Positions 29,859-39,125 of a stretch of 64,000 nucleotides of DNA are shown here, piece after piece. Position 1 is the first letter of the stretch, and every line of letters starts with the position of its first letter. The stretch covers positions 14,318 to 78,317 of the IMG/VR virus record IMGVR_UViG_3300011339_000564. One strand, given 5' to 3'. The position numbers and the translations under genes are program-made. The DNA comes from a virus (lineage: Duplodnaviria; Heunggongvirae; Uroviricota; Caudoviricetes). The notes beneath the pieces were generated by a model that was given only the letters and a program-made list of their open reading frames with translations, was not told the origin of the DNA and made no database searches.

Positions 29859-31058
29859 ATGAAAACATTATATTATATGGGACTAGAACCCTACAAAGCA
29901 CGTTACACTCTACAGTTACAAGAGTGGAATGAACGGGTCTTTAAACAACGTGGTATTAACTATGTCATTGTACCCGGTGAAACACTAACTAATGACCAAG
30001 CTATTGTAACTGGTCAAGTACTAGATGCACATGGTCGTACATACTTTGGTATGAGTCAACTTATGAATCTAGTTAAGATGATGAAGCAAGGTGAAGTAGG
30101 TGCAGGTGATATCGTATACTTTGAAGATATGTTTCAGCCGGGCATTGAGTCATTGCCATACATTATGAAACAGATTCCGATCACAAGTCGTCCTAAGATT
30201 TTTGTTCGCTGTTTAGCACAAAGTATTGACCCAGATGACTTTGTTCATGTCTGGGGTATGAGTGAATTCATGGGTCACTATGAGAAGATGGTTGATTCGT
30301 TTGTTGATGGTGTGCTTGCTAGTAACGAAGAAATGGTAATGCACATGAAGATTGCGGGTTGGAAAGCTCCTATCTATAATATATCAGGTCTAGCATTTGG
30401 TAAAGATGAAGTTCGTAGTCGTATTAATAATAATATTAAACCCTTTGATGAACGTAAAATGCGTATTGCTTTTAGTGCAAGATGGGACCAAGAGAAACAA
30501 CCTGACTTCTACATGGATGTGATTGAAGAATTCTTTAATCGGTATGGTGAGAAGGATCGTCACGGTATATATCGTGGTGTAGAATTTTGTGTATTCAGTG
30601 GTAGCAAATTAAAAAGCAATAACGATAGTTATATGAAACGCACACACGACTTTCAAGGTCGTGGATTGTTGACAGTTTATGAAGACTTGGACAAGAATGC
30701 ATATTATGAATTATTAAATGATACCAGAGTATTGTTTAATTGTGCATTACAAGATTGGGTAAGTAATACAGTTAGTGAAGCAGATAGTTTGGGTTGTAAT
30801 GTGTTGTATCCAGCATATCGCAGTTTTCCAGAAACGTTTGCAAACGACTATACAAGAATGTATGCGCCCTGGTCAGTTGAAGATGCGGCAATAAAGTTGT
30901 ATAATATGTTACATCAGCCACATATAAATCAAGGAAAGATTAGTGATTGGACTGATGGTACTATTGATAGAATCTGTGATATCTTAGAAGGTAAGGGACA
31001 ACAATGGTTGCGTATGGACAAAGATTATCGCAAACATACTAGAGAAAATAAATACTAA
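29859..31058 (+). CDS. hypothetical protein (399 aa)
   Basis: Long ORF. Confidence 0.5.
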   Translation: MKTLYYMGLEPYKARYTLQLQEWNERVFKQRGINYVIVPGETLTNDQAIVTGQVLDAHGRTYFGMSQLMNLVKMMKQGEVGAGDIVYFEDMFQPGIESLPYIMKQIPITSRPKIFVRCLAQSIDPDDFVHVWGMSEFMGHYEKMVDSFVDGVLASNEEMVMHMKIAGWKAPIYNISGLAFGKDEVRSRINNNIKPFDERKMRIAFSARWDQEKQPDFYMDVIEEFFNRYGEKDRHGIYRGVEFCVFSGSKLKSNNDSYMKRTHDFQGRGLLTVYEDLDKNAYYELLNDTRVLFNCALQDWVSNTVSEADSLGCNVLYPAYRSFPETFANDYTRMYAPWSVEDAAIKLYNMLHQPHINQGKISDWTDGTIDRICDILEGKGQQWLRMDKDYRKHTRENKY

Positions 31059-31070
31059 AAGGAGAAAATT

Positions 31071-31760
31071 ATGTTTGAAACAACTTATACAGATAATGTA
31101 AATTACCGTTCTGCTAGCGAAATTAACTCAGCAATGGGCCGTGTTTATGGTCACATGAGTCTAGCTGTCATTGTATCAATGTTAGTTAGCTATTTTGTAG
31201 GCTCTAGTCCAGAGTTACTACAATTCTTTTTTACAGGTGTATTGAAATGGATTGTGATCTTTGCCCCATTAGCGGCAATATTTGGTGTTGCTATGGTCCT
31301 AGGTAACAACCCTAGTAAGGGCGTAGCACAACTATGTTTACATGGATTTGCCGCACTAATGGGATTAAGTTTTGCTACAATCTTTGCTGTATTCAACATG
31401 GGTAGTATTGTAAGCTCATTTATGGGAGCAGCCATATTGTTTGGCGTTATGAGTGGCTATGGTTATTTTACTAAACAAAGTTTAGACAGTCTTGGCAAGT
31501 TTATGTTTGTTGGATTGATTGCAATAGTTATTGCCAGCATTGTCAATATCTTTATCGGCAGTACCGTAATGCAAATGGTTATCAGTGCGTTGGCTATCAT
31601 TATCTTTTTAGGATTGACTGCTTACGACACACAAAAGATTCGTGAAGAATTAAGTCTAGAAACCAGTGATAGTGCAGAAGTACGCGGTGCATTAACATTG
31701 TACATGGACTTCATTAATTTGTTTATTAACCTCTTACAACTATTTGGTGATAGGAAATAA
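31071..31760 (+). CDS. Bax-inhibitor-1/YccA-family integral membrane protein
   Basis: Seven predicted TM segments, about 229 aa. N-terminal AMGRVYGHMSLAVIVSML resembles the BI-1/YccA signature. Confidence 0.5.
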   Translation: MFETTYTDNVNYRSASEINSAMGRVYGHMSLAVIVSMLVSYFVGSSPELLQFFFTGVLKWIVIFAPLAAIFGVAMVLGNNPSKGVAQLCLHGFAALMGLSFATIFAVFNMGSIVSSFMGAAILFGVMSGYGYFTKQSLDSLGKFMFVGLIAIVIASIVNIFIGSTVMQMVISALAIIIFLGLTAYDTQKIREELSLETSDSAEVRGALTLYMDFINLFINLLQLFGDRK

Positions 31761-31762
31761 TC

Positions 31763-32179
31763 ATGGCAACATGGATATTAAAAACACTGCACAAAAAGAG
31801 TGCATATGAAAGACAGCATTGGTACAAAGATGGTAAAGAAATCATCCGTGAAGAAGGTTACCGTTGGGGCACATTTTACTGTGAAAGTGATGAGAAACCT
31901 GATATTGACCTAACTAATGATGATGGTTATGAAATTGGTCAAGATGAGTATGAGTGGGAGCTTGATAGCCTCGATGACGGTTGTTGGGCTGATTGGGAAT
32001 TCCCCGATGACATGAGTGAAGAAGAACAAGAAGAAATTCAAAATGCTTGGGATGAAAATTATTTTGAAGGCATGGAAGAATTAGGTTGGAGTTGCGATGA
32101 TACAGATTATATCTTGCAAGGTCCGTTAGAATTATCAGATGAAGATGGTAATGTAGTAGGTTCTGGTGATACAGAATAA
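31763..32179 (+). CDS. acidic small protein, 'WEF' paralog family member 1
   Basis: CWADWEFPDDMSEEEQEEIQ. Paralogous to 32575-33060 and 63727-end. Confidence 0.5.
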   Translation: MATWILKTLHKKSAYERQHWYKDGKEIIREEGYRWGTFYCESDEKPDIDLTNDDGYEIGQDEYEWELDSLDDGCWADWEFPDDMSEEEQEEIQNAWDENYFEGMEELGWSCDDTDYILQGPLELSDEDGNVVGSGDTE

Positions 32180-32202
32180 GTTCATTTCAAATAGGAGAAA
32201 AC

Positions 32203-32397
32203 ATGAGCGCACAAAATGATATCGAAACAAGTTTGGCAGCATACAACGCTGAAAACGATAAGTTTAACAAAGGAAATGCAGCCGCAGGTACACGTGCCCG
32301 CAAAGCATTAGCAGAACTAGCTAAAGCAGTTAAGGCTCGCCGTAACGAAATTACAGCAGAAAAAGCCGCACGTGCTGAAGCAAAGGTAAAGGCTTAA
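32203..32397 (+). CDS. Lys/Ala-rich histone H1-like DNA-binding protein (64 aa)
   Basis: AAGTRARKALAELAKAVKARRNEITAEKAARAEAKVKA resembles bacterial H1-like nucleoid proteins. SD AGGAGAAAA lies upstream. Confidence 0.45.
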   Translation: MSAQNDIETSLAAYNAENDKFNKGNAAAGTRARKALAELAKAVKARRNEITAEKAARAEAKVKA

Positions 32398-32574
32398 TAT
32401 GACCTGCAGAGGCTATGATAGCAGGGCAATTAAATTGCCAAAAGAGATAAAATGCAGAGCGGCAACTATTTTAGATAATCATCAGCGAGGTGAATTTATA
32501 CGTAGTTGGGTAGCAATATATAAAGAGGCCGCACATTCAAGGGGCTCCAATAAAAAACATTCTAAGGATTAATA

Positions 32575-33060
32575 ATGGCTAATGTCTACTGTATTAAACC
32601 ACTAGAGAAGAAAAGTATTAGCTGGCGGGTAGAAATGTACCGTGAGAATAGTGACGGATCTTTCAGTTGGTTTAATATGGAAGAATTATATCGTTGGGGT
32701 CAGGGTTTTATTGAAGAAGACCTTGATTGCAACCTGCCTTGGAAAGGTTCTAACTCTGCACATTGCAAAACAGATGCAGGTTGGGGATGTGAGTTTGAAG
32801 ATTCTATCAGTATTGACTGGGAATTTTCAGACGATATCACAGAATTGGAACAACAAGAAATTAAAGAATCATACTATGATGGTGGCGCGGCTTGGTTGTT
32901 TGACGGTGAACATGATTGGCAAACTGAAGATGATTATGTCATAGTCTTGGCGCCCTTTAGTGTTGACTATGCTAGTGACAACGGTGATATAATCACTGAG
33001 AACGTAGAATTAAAAGAACGTCCACCATTAGACCCAAATGCGGCATGGCCTTTTTCTTAA
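32575..33060 (+). CDS. acidic small protein, 'WEF' paralog family member 2
   Basis: SIDWEFSDDITELEQQEIKE. Confidence 0.5.
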   Translation: MANVYCIKPLEKKSISWRVEMYRENSDGSFSWFNMEELYRWGQGFIEEDLDCNLPWKGSNSAHCKTDAGWGCEFEDSISIDWEFSDDITELEQQEIKESYYDGGAAWLFDGEHDWQTEDDYVIVLAPFSVDYASDNGDIITENVELKERPPLDPNAAWPFS

Positions 33061-33144
33061 ACAAACACACACTAAGATAAATAAAGATGTAACACAAAGG
33101 TTACAAAATTTCAAAACAAAAACCATCACAAAGGAAGGTTATCT

Positions 33145-33825
33145 ATGAGTTATAATAAAACAAAAACAGATCCAGAGTTGGGTCAACGAGTACACGAACA
33201 TCTAGTTAAGATGGGTGTTGAAACTCCCACTAATCCAAACAACTATGACCGTAAAGAAAAGATAGATCATATTGAAGCGCATTTTACACACATTATGCGT
33301 ATCTTGGGTCTTGACTTAACAGACGATAGTTTGATTGAAACCCCTAAGCGTGTTGCCAAGATGTATGTCAACGAAATCTTTTGGGGACTTGACTATGACG
33401 CATTCCCTAAATGTACAACAGTTGACAACAAGATGCAATACAACGAAATGGTTGTAGAGCGTAATGTTAACGTTCAATCTAACTGCGAACATCATTTTGT
33501 AGTCATCGATGGACTAGCTACTGTAGCTTATGTCCCTAAACAAAAAGTTCTAGGGCTTAGTAAGATAAACCGTATCGTAGAATATTTTAGCAAAAGGCCT
33601 CAAATCCAAGAGAGGTTAACAGAGCAAATTTTTCACACCTTACAGTTCATCCTTGAAACAGAAGATGTTGCAGTTATGATTGATGCACAACACTATTGTG
33701 TAAAATCACGTGGTGTAGAAGATACGGGATCTAGTACTGTTACTTGTCGTTTAGGTGGCGGTTTCAAATCAGATCCTGCGGCAAGACAAGAGTTTTTACA
33801 GATTGCTAACAAAGGTTGCAAATGA
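33145..33825 (+). CDS. folE: GTP cyclohydrolase I (FolE)
   Basis: NCEHHFVVI (CEHH zinc site) and overall FolE-like length; SD AAGGAAGG. Confidence 0.85.
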   Translation: MSYNKTKTDPELGQRVHEHLVKMGVETPTNPNNYDRKEKIDHIEAHFTHIMRILGLDLTDDSLIETPKRVAKMYVNEIFWGLDYDAFPKCTTVDNKMQYNEMVVERNVNVQSNCEHHFVVIDGLATVAYVPKQKVLGLSKINRIVEYFSKRPQIQERLTEQIFHTLQFILETEDVAVMIDAQHYCVKSRGVEDTGSSTVTCRLGGGFKSDPAARQEFLQIANKGCK

Positions 33826-33953
33826 TTATTACAATATTAGTTACAATAGCAGTAATAATAGCTATTGTTATAATGATTGCTACGATGCCAAATGCTAGTA
33901 GATGTAACGGAGACTGCAATCAAGGTCGTAACTGTACTTGTAGGGAGCAATAA
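33822..33953 (+). CDS. tiny hydrophobic peptide (43 aa) with a Cys-rich tail (CNGDCNQGRNCTC); speculative
   Basis: ATGA overlap with the folE stop. The TAA overlaps the next ATG (33953). One TM helix. Confidence 0.3.
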   Translation: MIITILVTIAVIIAIVIMIATMPNASRCNGDCNQGRNCTCREQ

Positions 33954-34171
33954 TGGCACTGATATATAAAGAAGTAGAAGTTGATATTGATCTGAGCGAT
34001 TTTGATACTGACGAATTAGTTGAAGAATTGGAAAACCGTGGCTCAGGTGTTATGGACTACGATGACGGCAAGGAAGTACTACAGTCGATTTACGAAAAAC
34101 GTAGACTTGGACAAGACTATCAGCAAGAACTAGACCAATTAATTTGGTTAGGATTAGGGAGAGTTGTATGA
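33953..34171 (+). CDS. acidic hypothetical protein (72 aa)
   Basis: ORF. Confidence 0.45.
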   Translation: MALIYKEVEVDIDLSDFDTDELVEELENRGSGVMDYDDGKEVLQSIYEKRRLGQDYQQELDQLIWLGLGRVV

Positions 34172-34362
34172 TGAAATTTAAATTAGGTGACATGGTTAAA
34201 AAAGTGTCTGGTTCACAATGGCATGGAAAAGTAGTTGGTACATACTCAACTGAGTTAACGCCTGAAGGATATGCAGTTGAGAGTCATACAGAAAAAGGTT
34301 CTGTACAAATATACCCTGCAAAGGCTCTTGAGTTATGGGAGTTGAATAATGGGATTTCGTAA
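34168..34362 (+). CDS. hypothetical small protein (64 aa)
   Basis: The ATG at 34168 overlaps the previous stop, with AGGGAGAG upstream. Confidence 0.4.
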   Translation: MMKFKLGDMVKKVSGSQWHGKVVGTYSTELTPEGYAVESHTEKGSVQIYPAKALELWELNNGIS

Positions 34363-34585
34363 ACAAATGGACTACAATGCAGTACATCATCAAATCTATA
34401 TGAGTGGTGTAGAATTACATAGTAATTACAATGATGGTTACAATCAGTTTGAAATCAAAAAAGATTTACATCGTATCAAGTGGTTGTTAGATGAGATTAT
34501 GGCTGACAGCCCTACATTTGCAGGGGAAGACGAATTCTTAAAAGAACATGAACAAACTAAGATGTGGAGAACTCTTTCAAAATGA
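34349..34585 (+). CDS. hypothetical protein (78 aa)
   Basis: ORF. Confidence 0.45.
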   Translation: MGFRKQMDYNAVHHQIYMSGVELHSNYNDGYNQFEIKKDLHRIKWLLDEIMADSPTFAGEDEFLKEHEQTKMWRTLSK

Positions 34586-35055
34586 TTTTCAATCACATTA
34601 AAAAACTCAAACAAGATGGAAAGAAGATAGGTATTACTTTTAGTACATTCGACCTACTTCACGCAGGTCATATTGCTATGTTAAGTGAAGCAAAAAATCA
34701 TTGTGATTATCTTATTTGTGGATTACAAACTGACCCCACGATTGATCGACCTGAAACAAAGAATAAACCCATTCAAAGTATCGTAGAACGACAGATTCAA
34801 CTTGCGGCTTGCCGCTATGTCGATGAAGTTGTTGTTTATCAAACTGAACAGGACCTTATTGACTTGTTACTTATTCTACCACTAGATGTTCGCATTTTGG
34901 GTGTAGAGTATGCAGATAAAGACTTTACCGGAAGATATGAAGGTAGTGAGCGTGGCATTGAAATTGTATTCAATGGTCGTGACCACAGTTTCAGCAGTAG
35001 TAGTTTACGAAAACGGGTAGCTGATGCCCAGATTATTAACGTTCTTAATAAATAA
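34582..35055 (+). CDS. cytidylyltransferase (TagD/glycerol-3-phosphate cytidylyltransferase-like)
   Basis: IGITFSTFDLLHAGHIAMLSEAK closely matches the TagD-type GTFDLLHxGH motif. About 158 aa. Confidence 0.7.
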   Translation: MIFNHIKKLKQDGKKIGITFSTFDLLHAGHIAMLSEAKNHCDYLICGLQTDPTIDRPETKNKPIQSIVERQIQLAACRYVDEVVVYQTEQDLIDLLLILPLDVRILGVEYADKDFTGRYEGSERGIEIVFNGRDHSFSSSSLRKRVADAQIINVLNK

Positions 35056-35084
35056 CTATAGCGGTCTTTGGACATCATCCCGCT

Positions 35085-35112
35085 TTACAAATTCTGCTGC
35101 CTATGCTATAAT
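35085..35112 (+). promoter_or_regulatory. sigma70-like promoter TTTACA-16-TATAAT upstream of queD
   Basis: Hexamers found; AGGAGAAA SD and the ATG at 35130 follow. Confidence 0.45.
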
Positions 35113-35129
35113 CAACATAGGAGAAATTC

Positions 35130-35612
35130 ATGGCAAACAAAAAATTCTTTTCAACAAAGACATACAGACAAATAGGTCCTGTCGCTTATCGTCAATGGCG
35201 TGCTGACAGTCATTGTAACTTAATTCATGGCTATGCTATGAGTTTTCACTTTGAGTTTGAGGCTGATACGTTAGACGCACGTAACTGGGTAACTGACTTC
35301 GGTGGATTACGACCTCTCAAAGATAAACTAGAAGAATGGTTTGACCATACATTACTAGTTGCACAAGATGACCCAATGCGTGAACATCTATTAGAACTAG
35401 GTCGTTTAAAGCTAGCTAAAATTACAGAAGTAGAACGTACTGGGTGTGAAGGTATTTCTGACTTTTTATATGAATACATTAACACAATTTTTTTGCCTAA
35501 CTGCGGTAGTGAAGAAGCTAAACGTGTATGGTGCTGTAGAGTAGAAGTCCGCGAGACTGATAGTAACATGGCAGGACGTAGTGGTCATAGGGAAGATAGA
35601 GAGTTTGAATAA
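35130..35612 (+). CDS. queD: 6-carboxy-5,6,7,8-tetrahydropterin synthase (QueD)
   Basis: SHCNLIHGYAMSF (the Cx3HGH zinc/catalytic motif of QueD/PTPS). About 160 aa. Confidence 0.7.
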   Translation: MANKKFFSTKTYRQIGPVAYRQWRADSHCNLIHGYAMSFHFEFEADTLDARNWVTDFGGLRPLKDKLEEWFDHTLLVAQDDPMREHLLELGRLKLAKITEVERTGCEGISDFLYEYINTIFLPNCGSEEAKRVWCCRVEVRETDSNMAGRSGHREDREFE

Positions 35613-36235
35613 TGTTAGAAACAATTTGCGATACATTAGTTGAAGCATATAAACGCAACTGGATTACCAGTCGTGATGGCAATGTAAGTATTCGTCATCA
35701 TGATCGGGATCATTTTTACATCACACCCAGTGGTGTGCGTAAGCAGACAATGCAACCGGATCAGTTTAAGAAGATTCGTATTGTTGGTAGTATGTTATGG
35801 GAAGAGCAACCATACACTGATATCAGTGCTAATCTTAAACCGTCAGGTGAGCTACCACTACACCTCGGACTACAGCGAAAAATGGGACAGCACAATAATG
35901 ATGTTAGAGTAGTAGTACATTTACATCCCACATACTGTGTTGCCGCTATGCACCGCGGCATTGAGTTGAGTAGTCTGGCTAATGACTTTCCTGAACTCAG
36001 TCGCTATACTAGCGTGGCACCCAATGTGGGTGATGTGCCTCCTATTAGCCAGGAACTTGCAGACCGCTGTCATGAAAATTTGGGACTAGATAAGAATGGT
36101 ACTATTGCTTATGACATTGTAGGTATCAAAGGTCACGGTGTGGTCGCTATAGATACTAGCCCATGGAGGGCTTTTGAACATATTGAACGATTAGAACATA
36201 TTTGTCAAATCGTATTAGCATCAGGGAAATATTAA
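35612..36235 (+). CDS. class II aldolase/adducin-domain-like protein
   Basis: SRDGNVSIR...FYITPSG resembles the fuculose-phosphate aldolase N-terminal signature (GNxSxR...TPSG). Confidence 0.5.
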   Translation: MLETICDTLVEAYKRNWITSRDGNVSIRHHDRDHFYITPSGVRKQTMQPDQFKKIRIVGSMLWEEQPYTDISANLKPSGELPLHLGLQRKMGQHNNDVRVVVHLHPTYCVAAMHRGIELSSLANDFPELSRYTSVAPNVGDVPPISQELADRCHENLGLDKNGTIAYDIVGIKGHGVVAIDTSPWRAFEHIERLEHICQIVLASGKY

Positions 36236-36236
36236 A

Positions 36237-36650
36237 ATGTTAGACTGTATAATTATAGGTGATAGCATTGCAGTTGGTACAGCTATGGCTCGTCCAGAGT
36301 GTGTAAGTTATTCAAAAGGCGGCTGGAACAGTTGGCAATGGAACAAGGATTACTTAGCCAAAGCCTCTGCTCAACCTGCTCAAACTATAATCATTAGTCT
36401 TGGAGCCAACGACCACAAGGGTGTTAAGACTGAGCTTGAGTTACGTAAAATGCGAGAAGCAGTTAAGGGCCAGCGTGTGTTTTGGATCGATCCAGGTCAA
36501 GACCGTAAACCTATTCCACACGATGCAATTATTCGCATTGCTAAAGAATATGGTGATACAGTATTGCCTAGGCCAAAGAATCATATGAGTGCTGACGGAG
36601 TACATCCAACTGGTCGAGGTTATAAGATTTTAGGAGAGATGGCAAAATGA
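36237..36650 (+). CDS. short SGNH/GDSL-like hydrolase
   Basis: IIIGDSIAVG (GDS block I). SLGANDH (GxND block III). DGVHP (DxxH block V). Confidence 0.5.
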   Translation: MLDCIIIGDSIAVGTAMARPECVSYSKGGWNSWQWNKDYLAKASAQPAQTIIISLGANDHKGVKTELELRKMREAVKGQRVFWIDPGQDRKPIPHDAIIRIAKEYGDTVLPRPKNHMSADGVHPTGRGYKILGEMAK

Positions 36651-37282
36651 GTTATATTGTAGGATCATTACCTCCTATTAAGTGTTGGATAAAACGTGAA
36701 TTTCTTTACAACTTTGAAAAAGGTCACGGAGAATTAGAACCTGCCATATGGGTAAGTCTTAAAGCATTACGTGGACAAGTGTTTCGTATTGAATCATTAT
36801 TACCCAATTACGGAGCACTCTACGATAAACTGCCCATTCATGCCTATGTATGGCAAGACAACTACACAGGCAATCTACCTATAGATACTTTACAACTCTG
36901 GGACTGCATGGGTTATCGCTTTACTATCATTGAAAAAATAGGTTTACGTAATCTAGGTGTTAAGTTCTTGGGCAAAGATAAAGAATGGCATCACGGAACT
37001 TATTTATTTACAGTAGATTTTTGTGCTGATGGAATGGATGTAGATACAGGTTTTACTGAAGTAGCAGAAGAACACAAGTCGTTTAATTTTATTAGATTAG
37101 AAAATGGACAGTTTGCTTGTCAACCCAATAATCGATGTTTGTGGTACGACCAAAGTTTGATTTCAGGTACAGTGAAATTTCCAGACTTTAAAGCCGCACA
37201 GACCATATTTACAGTAGATGGTACTCGCAAGTGGAGTGCAGGAGATGATTGGTTTTATTCTATTGAGGAAAAAAATGAATAG
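36647..37282 (+). CDS. hypothetical protein (211 aa) inside the que module
   Basis: ORF with overlaps on both sides. Confidence 0.5.
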   Translation: MSYIVGSLPPIKCWIKREFLYNFEKGHGELEPAIWVSLKALRGQVFRIESLLPNYGALYDKLPIHAYVWQDNYTGNLPIDTLQLWDCMGYRFTIIEKIGLRNLGVKFLGKDKEWHHGTYLFTVDFCADGMDVDTGFTEVAEEHKSFNFIRLENGQFACQPNNRCLWYDQSLISGTVKFPDFKAAQTIFTVDGTRKWSAGDDWFYSIEEKNE

Positions 37283-37466
37283 TTTAGAAAAAATATGGGC
37301 TAGAGCAACTGGTCATTTAATGGGTAACACTGATGATGATAGACCCGATGTACCTATTCTTACTTTACGAGAAGCAAGAATTGCATTGTTCCTAAAAACT
37401 TTCTGGATTATACTACATGTGATAACATGTTGTTTCATCATAGCAAATACATTACGTCATTGGTAA
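37275..37466 (+). CDS. small membrane protein (63 aa from the internal ATG)
   Basis: Hydrophobic FWIILHVITCCFIIANTL. The ATG at 37275 overlaps the upstream stop. Confidence 0.35.
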   Translation: MNSLEKIWARATGHLMGNTDDDRPDVPILTLREARIALFLKTFWIILHVITCCFIIANTLRHW

Positions 37467-37469
37467 AAT

Positions 37470-37667
37470 ATGAACAAAAAAATTACAGAACTATGGGAAC
37501 AGGCCGCTCAACGAGATGACTTACTAGACGAAAAACGGTATGAGCATTTTGCTGAATTATTAATTAGAGATTGTGCAAAACAAGTTAATCATCTGGCTAA
37601 ACAAGGTGGCGGAACTTGGGGCGAAGTCATTCTAGAAAACTACAATATAAGTGTATATAAAAAATGA
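37470..37667 (+). CDS. member of the small 'FAELIVREC' paralog family (65 aa)
   Basis: HFAELLIRDCAKQV is shared with six other small ORFs in the window. Confidence 0.45.
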   Translation: MNKKITELWEQAAQRDDLLDEKRYEHFAELLIRDCAKQVNHLAKQGGGTWGEVILENYNISVYKK

Positions 37668-38512
37668 GTCATTTAAAAGTATCAGAATTATTTTACAGTA
37701 TCCAGGGAGAAGGTCGCTATATGGGAGTGCCAAGTATTTTCCTAAGAACATATGGATGCAATTTTACATGCGGTGGCTTCGGTATGCCTAAGGGAGAAAT
37801 GAGTAATGAGAGAGATGTTATCGCAATTAAAGCAGAAGATTATACAGATTATAAATCCTTACCACTTGTCAGTACTGGATGTGATAGTTACGCATCTTGG
37901 GACCCTCGCTTTAAACATCTTAGTCCTGTTATCTCTACCGATTCTATTGCTGACAGTATTATGGATATACTTCCTCACAAGCGTTGGATGGATGAACATC
38001 TTGTTATTACAGGTGGTGAACCTTTGCTTGGATGGCAAAGAGCGTATCCAGACTTACTTTCAAACGAGAAAATGAGAGCATTGAAAGAGATTACATTTGA
38101 AACTAATGGCACACAAGAACTAAGTAAAGACCTTACTAACTATCTTCATCAATGGAAGATCAGCCGTGAAAATAACGCACTTACATTCAGTGTGAGTCCT
38201 AAACTTAGTATCAGCGGTGAGAAGTGGGAAGAAGCAATATGTCCACAAGTTGTTCGTCAATATGAAAGTGTTGGCTTTGTATATCTTAAATTTGTTATTG
38301 CTACTAAAGAAGATGCGATTGAGGCAGATAAAGCAGTTAAAGAATTTCGTACAGCTGGATTCAGAGGTCCAATATACTTCATGCCATGCGGTGGTGTAGA
38401 AAGTATCTATAATTTAAATGCTAGAAATGTTGCTATTGAAGCAATGAATCGTGGCTATCGCTATAGTGATAGATTACAGGTGCCTCTATTTAAAAATGAA
38501 TGGGGGACATAA
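37664..38512 (+). CDS. queE: QueE-like 7-carboxy-7-deazaguanine synthase (radical SAM) with atypical cysteine spacing
   Basis: YSIQGEGRYMGVPSIFLRTYGCNFTC matches the QueE N-terminus (QGEG...GCNxxC). The third cluster Cys is displaced by a long insertion. Confidence 0.65.
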   Translation: MSHLKVSELFYSIQGEGRYMGVPSIFLRTYGCNFTCGGFGMPKGEMSNERDVIAIKAEDYTDYKSLPLVSTGCDSYASWDPRFKHLSPVISTDSIADSIMDILPHKRWMDEHLVITGGEPLLGWQRAYPDLLSNEKMRALKEITFETNGTQELSKDLTNYLHQWKISRENNALTFSVSPKLSISGEKWEEAICPQVVRQYESVGFVYLKFVIATKEDAIEADKAVKEFRTAGFRGPIYFMPCGGVESIYNLNARNVAIEAMNRGYRYSDRLQVPLFKNEWGT

Positions 38513-38715
38513 TGACAGAAACAAAAAAACGCACAGTGGTAAGGATGCTTACCTATAGATTGACAGCATGGTTATTCACAATCTTTTGGACTTATCTGTT
38601 TACAGGTAATCTAGGTAACTCAGCCGGCTTTGCTACTGCATTACATATATTATTAAGTATAGACTATTACATTCACGAACGCATTTGGTTGAGAATCAAA
38701 TGGGGTAAGGAATAA
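38500..38715 (+). CDS. small membrane protein (71 aa)
   Basis: Two hydrophobic helices. Confidence 0.4.
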   Translation: MGDIMTETKKRTVVRMLTYRLTAWLFTIFWTYLFTGNLGNSAGFATALHILLSIDYYIHERIWLRIKWGKE

Positions 38716-38716
38716 T

Positions 38717-38941
38717 ATGCCATTAGATCAAGTCCAATCATATGATTACTTTTATGACAAATTGATAGGTACTGAACTTAAGTTTACTTGGCTACCCCAA
38801 ACTTGTGACATATCAGGTAAGCGTATTTGGTTAAAGTATGGGTATAGGATGACTAGGATGATTACTGGACCGGGCACACCTGTCTTTGAGTATAGATGGC
38901 ACGATAAGAATACCCATATTATATGGAAACTAAAAAGGTGA
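38717..38941 (+). CDS. hypothetical protein (74 aa)
   Basis: ORF. Confidence 0.4.
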   Translation: MPLDQVQSYDYFYDKLIGTELKFTWLPQTCDISGKRIWLKYGYRMTRMITGPGTPVFEYRWHDKNTHIIWKLKR

Positions 38942-38945
38942 ATAT

Positions 38946-39125
38946 ATGTATGAATTAAGATATCTTGTCCGAAACGGTTGGGATGGACCTGAACAAGTGT
39001 TACAATATAGAACTCAACATGAAGTAACAGACTATAGTGGCACAGATCCTAAAACAGGTGGATTCATTAGAAAAATAGAATGGACTGAATGGAAGTATGT
39101 CCCCACCGTAGATGAAACAAAATGA
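38946..39125 (+). CDS. hypothetical small protein (59 aa; below the ORF-track threshold)
   Basis: ORF with an ATGA overlap to the next gene (39122). Confidence 0.35.
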   Translation: MYELRYLVRNGWDGPEQVLQYRTQHEVTDYSGTDPKTGGFIRKIEWTEWKYVPTVDETK

